Positions 37,078 through 49,005 of a stretch of DNA of 64,000 nt are shown piece by piece (positions within the stretch are counted from its first letter, which is position 1; each line of letters starts with the position of its first letter). Made by a program: the position numbers and the translations under genes. The notes below the pieces were generated by a model. It saw nothing but the letters and a program-made list of their open reading frames with translations, did not search any database and was not told the origin of the DNA. Source of the DNA: Syncephalis fuscata S228 (Eukaryota; Fungi; Zoopagomycota); contig JAHLTZ010000018.1 of assembly GCA_025786725.1 (NCBI GenBank), positions 372,001-436,000 of the forward strand, given 5' to 3'.

Positions 37078-37914
37078 ATGGATATCAAAGCAGCGACACT
37101 ATTGCGCATGGAGATGCCGTTGCAGCATTCCTGGGTATTCTGGATGGACACGTAAGTTGCATTTATAACCAACCAACCAATGGTGTACTAATACGCTATC
37201 CATAACCAACTAACTAACTAACTGATAATGCGTAATATAGATATAATCCAGGTATTACCAGCGGCAACTATGAAGCGAATCTAGAGCCAATATACCTTAT
37301 TCATACCGTGCAGGATTTCTGGCGCGCCTACAATAATACAACAAAGCCTGTTGACTTGAAAAATCGCGACAATATCCACTTTACGAAAAAGGGCATTAAA
37401 CCACTATGGTAAGTCTAGTAACATGTCAATCAAGTGATTTAGTATTAATTATTTTAACAACAATGTATTAGGGAGGATCCAGCTAATGAAAAAGGTGGCT
37501 GTCTAACTTTTCGAGTTAATAAAACGGAAACATCTACTGTATGGAGTGAACTATTAATGTTGCTTATTGGCGAGCAACTTGATGGCAGTATTAATACTGG
37601 TAAGTAATGTTGATAAGCTAAATAACAATAGTAGACTATTTACTAATTATTATATAGGCGATGAAGTGTGTGGATTATCGGTAGGCTCACGTTGGAACTC
37701 GGATATTATTCAATTGTGGAATTCACGGGCAGATTTATTTAATGAAAAGGCAGTTGTAAAGAAGATTAAAGAGACACTAGGCAATGTTGAATTGCAGTTA
37801 CCATACTATAAACGTAAGTTGTATTATTATTGTTGTTGTTGTTGTTACTGTTGTTGTTAATATGTTAATGTTTTAATAGCTCACAAGGAACACGATGCTT
37901 TTACCAAGAAATAG
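37078..37914 (+). CDS. eIF4E family cap-binding protein, class III (eIF4E3-like)
   Basis: PLQHSWVFWMD..YEANL..TVQDFWRAYNN, IKPLWEDPANEKGG, VWSELLMLLIGEQ, IIQLWN, YYKPHKEHDAF; probable 5'UTR intron at about 36965-37067. Confidence 0.85.
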
Positions 37915-37984
37915 TTTACAATAAATCTATTTTTAATTGAATCGAATATTTATTTATATTATCAATGTACAAACAATCAATAGA

Positions 37985-40900
37985 CTAATGTTTTGTTATT
38001 TCAGTCGTCAATTCTTGTAATAAACGACGGCCTTCTGTACTAATAGGTCGATGCTCTAGACGTAGACCAGTAATTGTTACTTTAGGCCAACCCAGCGTAT
38101 GTATGCGAAGCTGTTTAATCTTCGTATCTTGTCGATAGTAATCGCCTATTAATGGTTGACGACTACCTAGCAGTATACGATCTTGATTATATGAATTGCG
38201 CGTTTTACGAATCCTTCCCACCATCCATAATCGGCCCGTATAACTTTTAATACGTTCACAGCATTGATACAACAGCATTTGTTCATTAGTAAGCCCATCA
38301 CTGTGCTTTGGTTGATCGAGTAGATAATTTGACGCTTCATTACTTATTGAATCAACTTGTGTGGTTATCTGACCATAAGTTGCCTCTAATTCACTCTTTA
38401 AATCATAGCTTAATTCACCTCGATGCAGTGTTGATATACGTAATCGCTTTATCGTTAAGGCGTTTAATTGCAGTAATTGAACAACTGTATCAATATCATC
38501 TAGTGATAAATACGTATCATGGGTGCCATCTGTAATAGTAAGAAATGCACTACCGTGAAATTCACTCTGTTCAAATGCCACTGATAGATCATCACTTAGT
38601 ATGAAGCAGTAAGGTGTCGTGCATTTTCCTCGTTTTATAAATGAACCACAACTTATACAGGTTGACCATAACTGCACTCTCCATAGTGACTGTAATTGTA
38701 TTACCGCTTGAATCATTTCACCGGGCAGTGCTTTAAACGGTAATATAGGCAACACATCACTTAGTCGAATCATTTTAGGCACGGGTGGTGTAAATGGTGC
38801 CGTCATGCCAGCATCCAATCGATCCTTAAGAGCAATATCGGTACACGCCATGGCCAGATAGAATAACTCGCCCGATCCAATACGTTTCCGTGCCACTCGT
38901 CTAACACAAATACGATCACCCACATTAAGACCGGCAGGCATAACACGCTGACCATTCTCAAAGTCTAAATAAAGCTGAAGTGAATACAGCTGTTCATCCA
39001 ATCGATCTACTAATCGCAGTATAAGTGTCTTTTCTTTATCGAAATTGTATGCTGTTGTATTATTAGTTGTTGTTGTTGTTGTTGTTGTTGTTGATGATGT
39101 ATCTATTGTGTCAGTTAGACCGCGTCGATATTGATAGGATTCTTGTTGAGTAAGTCGTCGATATTGAATAATACCCGTAAAGTTAATTAGTTCTCTATGA
39201 TAATTGGTACCAATAAAATCTTGTGCTTCATTGGTATAAATATCTCGTTGGTCACCACTTCACTGATCGATAATACTGGTGATGCCATAATAGAATTTAA
39301 ATGAGCCAATTGACTCATATCCACTTTAAGTGGCTCCAATAAACGATTATCAAGATCTTTAACTGAATTATGTTGAATAGTTGATGTAGACAATTCTAGA
39401 CTGTGTATTACTGTATCTGGTGAACATGACAAATAAATACAATTAAGTTTACTTGACTGGTTGAAACGAAACTTTGATGCTAATATGGTGGTTGGATTAA
39501 TAAGCAAATAGAAGTAATCTGGTTTAAATATGGGCAACCACTTAAGTGATGTCTCTTCTAATTGAATATTGGCCATTACACCATTCACTGCATTGTGTGT
39601 ATTGGTAGACTGATTTAGTGCATAAGGAGATGTAGTTGTATCGATATTGACTGATTGTAAGTAGCCTTCAATATTAGTAATACGGCGACCTTTACCATTC
39701 AATGCCATTTCCCATCTTACTGGATAAATATGACTTGCTTTAAAGCAATAAAGTGGTACATTATTATTATTACTATTACTACTATTACTAAATGGCAATA
39801 ATGAATGTATACTGGGTGTCACGCCTTGACTGACACAAAAGGCTTCAGATAGATCAAATTGAATATAGACTTGGGGTTGATCATTAGGATGTTGTCGTCG
39901 ACGAGATGACCAATTCTCAAATGCTACACTAAACTTGGTAATGGCCCATACATGTCCTAGTAGATGAGTGGGTAGTTGTTGTTCTGTATGCCACCAGGCC
40001 CATTACACTCTTCATTACTACTAATACTATCGTCATCAATGTCACTGTTCTGTAACGAATGATCACGCTTAATCAATAATACCGGCAGATAACCAGTGGC
40101 ATCTATAAGACTCAATTGTCCTGTAGGTCCACCATCAAGTACACCTATTAACACACTACTATCCAATGGCGGTGGCAATTCAGTCTGTGTCAGAACCTTC
40201 CATTGATAATAAATAGATCCTTTATCTTGAATTTTAGATGTGTCATTTAATGTTTCTATTGTTTGTTAATCGCTCTTAATGGTGGTGTATACGGTACATA
40301 GAGTTCTTTAACCATAGCAGGACAGTTTATCTTGTGACATAATCCTTCTTTCATATAATCACGTTGTGTACCCAATGTAGATTGACCTGATCCATTTAAT
40401 TGACATTGATCGATTAACTTCCATAATAGACCACCACTACTACATTGATCTTCTTCTTCTTCTTCTTCTTCTTGTGGTGGTAGTTGTCCTTTTACTGACG
40501 ATGAAGATGATGTAATAAGCATAGATTGCGTATGCCAAGCATGAGGAAACTTGTGATTTAATAGATGATATAGCGTATAAATATGTAGACTGGCATGTAT
40601 ATTCCATCGATTCTGTTCACAAATACGGAATAACCAAGCATCACTAGAGGATAGCTGTAACGGTAATGGTACATGGTCAGTACCAGTATCATTAATAGTG
40701 ACACTAGTGGCTGAGCAGGCAAATATTAGTATAGTGCCATCAATCTGGTATAGAACAGTGGAAATATGGCCATTATAGATGGTAATACGATAACCAGGTC
40801 GATATGCATTACAAGCATAATAGGATGGATCATGTGTATGCAATAGAAGGATACGAGATATACCAGTGGATGTTGTTGTGTCTGACGTGTTTTCTTTAAG

Positions 40901-41961
40901 TTCAAATATACCAAGTGAAATATCAATGACCTTTTTAATTTTACCATGAAAGTTGGCGGTCTTTTGTTTTGGTGGTGTTGTATCAGTGGTTAAATCATTT
41001 AAATTATTATCTATTTTATCGTATATTTTAGATTGAATGACTTGATCAATCGATAACCGTTTAATAAATACACTTGACTGTTCTGTGTAAAAGTAGAGTC
41101 GATATGATTGATTGGTTGACGGTGATGAGTGTAATTGATTGAACCACATAATACAATTAATAGGTATTTGTTCGTAATAATTAACTAATTGATTACCATA
41201 AAATAGGATAGAAACTATTTGTTGTTGTTTTTGTTGTTGTTTACCAATCTTTAAATTGCAAATATTAACTAGAAACCAGGCTGGTGCATTAGGTGGTCGA
41301 TGAATAACTGTTTTACCATTCACTCTAGCTACCAATGATATAAGATCACTACTATTATTGTTCTTATTACTGTTATGATTGTTATTATGAGAGTCAGATT
41401 TAGTATTATTGATTGATGGTGACCATAAAGCATATATAGGTAGCGCCTGTGATAATGTAGATACTTCATCAGTAGATAATGGTTGAATTGGTGGCAATGC
41501 TTCTAATATCTTCATGGATGACAATTCAAGTCGACCACTCATTAAAAGCTCCTTTACCGTAAGGGCTGATAAATCGGATGGTGGCACTCTAACTTCACTG
41601 ATCTCTAATCGAGCTAACCAATCAGTATTACTGTCACTATGATGTGTATGATCTATTTCTGATGTGATAGTGCCTCGGTGTAGACCCATTCAGTCACTAT
41701 AATGGATTGATCGAACCAGTAAGAGGATCCATTAACCAGTTGACAATAAACAGTATCTGTATGATCGGTAAATTCGATACGACCACGTTTATCGGGTCCA
41801 TCGGTCGACAGTTCACTACGTCGAAGAATACCGCGTAGAACGCGTTTAACAGCCACGTTACGGGAAGTAGAAAGGCTTTGGCAGTATTGATTGCTTAGTC
41901 CTGCTTCACTTTTCATATCCTTAACGGTGATCCATTCTAATTCAAGCGATTCCGCCTCCAT
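37985..41961 (-). CDS. CTC1: CTC1-like multi-OB-fold CST complex large subunit; intronless, split by four -1 frameshifts
   Basis: G.IEFTDHT..VYCQL..WVY; VLIGVLDG...GQLSLIDATGYLPVL; HLLG..VYIQF; LYLD..PAGLNVGDRI...VARKR; C-terminal CISCGS....KC and ITDGT; colinear with CTC1 architecture as I recall it. Confidence 0.72.
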
Positions 41962-42132
41962 ACTTGTTCTTTTACTAACGAACGAACGAACGGATAGAAA
42001 AGAAAGTGTTGTAATAATATAAATAGTTTAATATTATTCTATTAATAAAGACTACACTACATCAATAATATAAATAGCCTTGATGAATGACTATCAAATA
42101 ACATTCATCTTATTTCTGTATTGATTCCAACT

Positions 42133-43021
42133 ATGGCTTCACAACGAATGTCGGCCGCTGCTAGTGCCAGTGCCACGGCCACGGCCGAAGCACGCTATGC
42201 ACGACGAGCAGTAATTCTCGATCGTAACCTTACTAAAGGCAAAAACGCTGAAGTAAGTAGGGCTAGTCTATAGTCTTCTACGTATTAATGCATACACGCC
42301 ATCATTAGGTCAATCTTAGTGCTTTTTCGTTTTTATTCTCGGAAATGCTGCAGTATGCCGAGAATAGAGTACATGGTATTCAAGATTTGGAACGAAAGTA
42401 AGTTCATATAGCTTTAATGGCAGTAGAATAGGCTTTGTTTAAACTAATGGTTCCTTTAATTAATTAGACTGAACGAGTTTGGATATCGTGTAGGCATACG
42501 TGCGCTTGAGTTAGTGATGTGGCGCGAGAAGAATGTTACGCGTGAGACTCAAGTAGTAGAAGTGCTCTCGTTTATTCATACTAAAGTATGGAAAGCATTA
42601 TTTGGTCGCCCAGCTGATTCGCTTGAACGCAGTAATGAAAATAGCGATGAATGTAAGTATATTAACACGATGATTAACATAACTAGCATGATTATTAATA
42701 TTATGTATTATAGATATGATATCAGATAATGAGCCATTAGTGTCGAAGTATATTTCTGTACCGCGTGATTTATCACAACTTAATTGTGGTGCATTTATTG
42801 CCGGTATTGTTGAAGCAGTCTTGGATGGATTTCAATTTGTAAGTTATTTATATTATTAATGGGTTATTAGATACGAATAGTAATAATAATAATGATAATG
42901 ATACAACTAGCCTTCTCGAGTAACGGCTCATTCTGTGCCTAGTGATGAACATCCATTACGTACAACTATATTGGTCAAATTTGAACGACAAGTATTGGAT
43001 CGTGAAGAGCGATTCAAGTAA
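42133..43021 (+). CDS. TRS31: TRAPP core subunit Trs31/TRAPPC5
   Basis: EVNLSAFSFLFSEMLQY, DLERKLNEFGYRVG, VWKALFGRPADSLE, YISVPRDLSQLNCGAFIAGIVEAVLD, RVTAH. Confidence 0.96.
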
Positions 43022-43129
43022 TAATAGCAATAATATATATATATATTATATTATATATTATAATTTTGTTTATAATTTGAATCAAAGCGATAAAAGAAAT
43101 GATATGGTTACTATCACCATCCATGTGTA

Positions 43130-44212
43130 TTATTTATTACGTTTTAAATACTGTTTCAATTCAGATGTTGTTAATGGTAAAGATAAAGATGCATTAGCTG
43201 TGGAATCTGTGTATAAATGGCCTATCCATCCGTTGATGGCCTGCATTTCAGTGACATCTGCTTCAAACACTTGCCACCAGGGTGGATGTTCAGGTAATGG
43301 TATTTGTTCATATCGAGCAGCCAGTTGGATAACGGCACAAGCAATAGTATGTGGTTGGTGTAATACATAGATAGGTGTTTTTAGTCTAAGCGTTATTGTT
43401 ACAGTAGTAGTAGTAGTAGATTAGTATAATTATTCATTATTCAACTATTATATTTACCCGTCATTTAAGTAATTCCACGCTCTTTGTACCAACTGTTGTT
43501 TATCCGATAATCCCATTGCTTGTAAATAATTAACCATTAGACTATAAGGTAGTTGAACATGTACATCAAAGCCTAGTGCCACCAATAGACGTGATTCAGC
43601 CATTAATAAACCATCCCGAAAGTCATAATAGGTCTATTTAATAAATATAAACCTATTAGTATTTTAATAGAATATAGTCTGTAAATCTACCTGTGTAAAT
43701 CCATCTAATGGTGTTGTATCTAGCTGTCGTCGATATTGACGTAGATAGTGCACTACATTAACAATATCGGTAATACGCTTTGGCGACTCTTCTACTTTAG
43801 AGGCTACAAATAACGCACCCGATACCATATCCTATTAATGACATACGATCTATAACTATTAAATACTAATGGTGATCAATTGAACTTACAAGCAAATTCA
43901 TATCAAGAAACGATTCAACAAAGTAAAAACGTTGAAACAACACCTGTGCCGTAGCCATTGTCACTTGTGGTCTATATTAATTATAAAGTGTTATTATTAA
44001 TGTTAATACTAATATTTGTTATCTACTTACAATGATAGTAGGATACCCGCTGACTGAATAAACTCACAGCCCAGTGCTCTTAGACGACCTTGTAACGCAG
44101 TTGGAATGCCATCACGACTTGATGGTGTATTTACAAACTGTTCCTTTGACACGATGGCATTAGGCAGTGCAGCCAATGTAGTTTGACGTAGGGATTGTCG
44201 CTGTTGTGACAT
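43130..44212 (-). CDS. Cyclin L family protein
   Basis: [68 protein letters not shown].VF. Confidence 0.9.
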
Positions 44213-45655
44213 TCGTTGTTTATAGCTATGTAGAATTTAAACAAACAAATTGTAAATAAAAAGTAAATGTTTTGATTTAATTAGTTGTTTATATTTATTT
44301 AATTATTTGCAATGTTACTTATTAATAAATAAAATAAATGGTAACGATGATATTAAAGTAATTCAATAGTTCAACTTTTTACAATATTGTTCTAGAACAT
44401 TTATCTAAACTATTAGATTATAGTTTCAGTAACCAATATGGTCACCCCTCTCTTTACAACATGATCTAATAAGGAGATTACTAAGAAACATGCTAGAATA
44501 GACTTGTCTTTTTCTCGTTATTCTTTGAGTCGATAGCACTTTAGTAATAACAATCGTCATCGTCATCGTCATCGTTGTAGTAGTAGTAATGGTAGTAGAT
44601 GTAGTAACATTCGTATTACTTAATGGCTATAGAGGCCTCAATGACGGTTGATATGCACTTTAATGGTCGCCTAATCTACAAAGAAAAGGCTGCTGCACCA
44701 CGCATTTCCTTTTTCTTTCAACTTTCTTCTAACCACCACCGTTGTTTGGTATTGATATTCTCTACGGTAGTTTCATCTTCATTTACTTTGAAACCTCGTT
44801 GTTGCAAGTCTTTAGCCATACAATTCCGTATGCACATCCTTTCTTTTCGCGATCGCATTTTATTGAATTCGCTAAACAAGCAAATACTTTAACCATAACA
44901 ACTAGCAACTAGTGTCTATTCTACAGACACACACACACACAAACACACACACATCTGCATTATACGTTGACGATCACTTAACTTGCGTGGTTATTGTGAC
45001 CACTATCGTTTACTTTACATATTTATAACTCCGTTCCTTTTGAAATACTCCGGCCAGTAGTCTGAGTCAGTGGTTTGAATTAGTAGTGCTGCACTTTGAA
45101 TTATCTGGCCTGTTTGCCTATCTACGTAATATCCATAGGTATAACTATTGAGCATTATTAGTAAAGTAATAGGTAGTCTATCGACTCAAATAGTGATCCA
45201 TTAAACTATTCGTCTATAGAAGCAAGTTAGTACCCAGTAAGTCATATATACATAATAGTGCAGTCTACATCTATTGGTGTCGATGGATGTGCAGTGTCTA
45301 TCGATCTATCTATCTATATATATTATATTATATATAATAGGAGTTTAGCCTATTTTCCTTTATTAATTTATATACACACACACACACAAACTGAGAGTGA
45401 GAGAGGCGACAGAATGGTTAAATATTTAAAGCGATTAATTACTTGTATAGTAAATACGCACCACTATTTAACCGTCTTCTTTCTGTCAAGCAATCATCTT
45501 TTCTATTCTTTGCATCTAGTCCATTTGCGTTTATAACGGCACTTGCTAATCTTTGTTACTATCTCCATTGTTTGGCGGTGTATCGTTGTAGTTATCGTTT
45601 TGGTATTAAGCACTCTTTCTCTTGCAACTCAATCAATTCATTATTGCCGCTTCTT

Positions 45656-48534
45656 ATGAATCGAGCATCTTCTTGGCGGTCAGCGTCCAGGCGACGTTAC
45701 GCCACTGTTTGGCGGGCATCCCTTAGCCTTTTGTTATTCAGCATGTTAATGATTACAAATATATCTGGTAAGTGTTATGGGCATTCTAGTGAACGGTGTA
45801 TATCGATAACAAGTGTCTATATACTTGTTACTACTTAATAACCGCACTACTGCATCCATGATTGTTATCAAAAACCGTATTAATATTGTATAACTTATTT
45901 TGTTGCTATTAGCTCATAGTGATAGTCGAGACCATGGTCCATTAGCACACATTGAGTTTATCCGCGATACAAATATTGATTTACTACCACGTTTAATCGC
46001 CGAATCTAACAAGGCCACCAATCCACACGCAACACTTGTACGACGTTCTCTTTTATTAAACGCCAATGGACAGTACTTGGCTAATCAAACAAATGAAAAA
46101 GTAGAAAATGATCCACAATTAAAACACGATGATACCTTTCGACTAAGCTTCCGCGCTTACAATCAAACATTCCATCTACATTTACGTCCGCATGTCGGTC
46201 TACTGCATCCAGAAGCACAAATACGCTTACATCAGCCAGATGGCAGTGTTAAGGAAGAGCCGTTACGCGATGAAGATATACGTGTGTATACAGGCGTTGT
46301 AGTACGTCCTAGCCATTCTGATCGACGACTTCAAGAGGACACGCTCGGCGTTGTACGTCTACGTCTAGAGGAAAAAGAACATCTAGACCATTCGAGTGAA
46401 GTCGTTGGATGGGCACGTATTTTAGTTCATGAAGACCAGCCGCTTTCTATCAATAAGCCACAGCGTATGGCTTATGAAGGTGTGTTTACCGTGAATGGCG
46501 AGACGTATACTATTATGAAGACATCTACATTCCGTCAGTCAAAACGCCCAGAGGATCCGGAGATTATTAATCCTTCAGCCAGGCCAGCCGAATATCGTCA
46601 TTCACATTTAATTGTATTTCGTGACTCTGACAAAAAAGTACGCGATCGTCTAAGTGGCATCATGAAAATGGCTGGTGAAATGCATGGAACACATAGCTGT
46701 GGCTCAGATCAATTGCTATTTAATGACCGTTCACAAAATACGCTTAATTTTCATTCACTTAAATCCAGAGGAAAATATATGTCGATATTAATGTCGAGTC
46801 CGTCACCGCTTCATAAGGCTATACTGCAACGACGCCAAGTAACCAATAATGCAGCCAAAAATGGCTGTTCGCCCACCAAAAAGATTCTTTATATGGGTGC
46901 AGCCGCTGATTGTACCTACGTAGCTCTGTACAAAACACAGGCTGAAGCACGCAAACGAATTTTATCAGATTGGGGATTAGCCTCGGCCGTCTATGAAAGA
47001 ACATTCAATGTACAGCTTGGCCTTATCATTATTGAAATACGCGATCCAATTTGTCCAACCACGCCACCCAGTGGCGAGGAATGGAATCGTCCCTGTTCCA
47101 ATACTTACACTATTAACAATCGACTTAGTGACTTTAGTCGATGGCGTGGTAAACGCGGCAGTGACGGTACTGGTTTATGGCATCTAGTGACCCAATGTGC
47201 AACTGGAACAAAGATTGGCGTGGCATGGCTTCGTTCGCTGTGTCAAAGTTCGGCCCAAACGCAAGGTGCAGATGTTGTATCGGGTACTGGTGTCTCTTCA
47301 GCTACCAAGGATGGCTGGAAAGTAATTGCCCATGAAATTGGTCATAATTTCGGGGCAAGTCACGACTGTACCAAAGATACCTGTCCATGTGTCGGTGCCG
47401 ACTGTGGCTGTTGTCCATGCGGTACTGATTGTGACTGTAATGGTCAATATATTATGAATCCAACAAGTGATGTTAAATCAAGCGATTTCAGTCCTTGTTC
47501 AATTAAGGATATTTGTGCCTATTACCCATCGGCCCAATCGTGTTTATACGATCCAGGTAGCAAGAAAGTATTAACTGTTGCCATGTGTGGTAATGGTATT
47601 AAAGAAGGTGACGAAGAGTGTGACTGTGGCACCGAAGAAACCTGCGCAAATGACCAATGCTGCACCTATAACACATGTAAACTGAAGCCAAATGCCAAGT
47701 GCAGGTAAATAACGATTATAGCAATTTATGCTACAATATTTGCTAATGATAATGCAGTGATCGAAATGATGACTGTTGCGTTAATTGTCAGATTAAGGCG
47801 GCCGAAACTATATGTCGACCGGCCATTTCTGAATGTGACATTAAAGAAGTCTGCGATGGCACATCTCCAACATGCCCAACTGATAGACATATTGATGATG
47901 GCACTGCGTGCGGTAATTCGTCTTCATCACTTACGTGTGCCAGCGGTGTTTGTACATCACGCGATGAACAGTGTCGACAGCGTAGTATGCCAACTCAACC
48001 ACTGAGCCATTATTGTCCCGACTCATCTGGTGTGGATGCCTGTGCCATTGTCTGTCAAGATCCTACACAATCAAATCGCTGTCTTATTCTTAGTGGACAG
48101 TTGCTTGATGGATCCGAATGTGGCATGGGCGGTCGATGTGAAGCCGGCGTATGTCAAGGCAGTTCAGTTGGTAAGTCATTGATTGATTATAATATTATGT
48201 TACTAATGATGGTTTATTTATTTATCTAGTTAATGCTGTTAAAGCCTTCTTCAAGAAATATAGCTGGCTACCTATTGTACTTGGTGTGCTGGGTGGTCTT
48301 TGTCTTATTTCTTGTGTCTGGCAATGTTGTTGCCGTCGTCGGAAACATGTTATCGTTCAGAGTAATCCGGTCGGGACGGGTGCTGCTCATTCACATCCAT
48401 TTACACAACCAGCTGCGCAAGGTCATTACGTGGATCCTACACCGTATAATGGTCCAATGCATATGCAGCCATTGCCACCAGCTGCGCAAGGAGGTCGACC
48501 TACAGCAACTCATTATAACAACTATGGTCATTAG
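45656..48534 (+). CDS. Fungal ADAM metalloprotease-disintegrin
   Basis: Signal/anchor exon, prodomain, HEIGHNFGASHD zinc motif, YIMNP Met-turn, CGNGIKEGDEECDCG disintegrin, Cys-rich region, TM and Pro-rich tail. Confidence 0.93.
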
Positions 48535-49005
48535 CTGCTCTACTATGTTTCAATGTTGTTACGCCATTCATTTCTTTGTCATTCATTTCTCTATCCATTC
48601 TTACCTTTGCCACAACTATATATTTGTTTTCTAATCATTATTATTATTGATTTGAAATGCATTTTTAGTTTATTATTATTGTTGTTGTTGTTATTATTGT
48701 TTTTGTCACAAGTATACATTTATAAACAATAGTAATTATGATGGAGACAGCTATTATTATTATTATTATTAACAATCTACCTATTATTTTTGTATTTAAT
48801 TGCGTTAATTAATTGTGATCAATAATAAAATCAAATAGTAATCATTATCTAAAATATATTTTTATTTAGTTTATGTGTCATAATTTGTAAAGAGATCTTT
48901 GATCATTGGATATCAAATTAGATTTTACTATTTTTAAGCTGCGTTTCTACTACTCCACTTTTGTAAGTTGTTGATTTTCGCTTTCCTACTATTCAGCTAT
49001 TAAAC

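Noticed and set aside
37985-41961. Programmed -1 ribosomal frameshifting in CTC1
   Set aside because: I saw no consistent X XXY YYZ slippery heptamer at the four joins, and four serial events would yield negligible protein.
11097-43021. Two TRAPP subunit genes (TRS130, TRS31) in one window as a cluster
   Set aside because: They are 26 kb apart with many unrelated genes between; compatible with chance.
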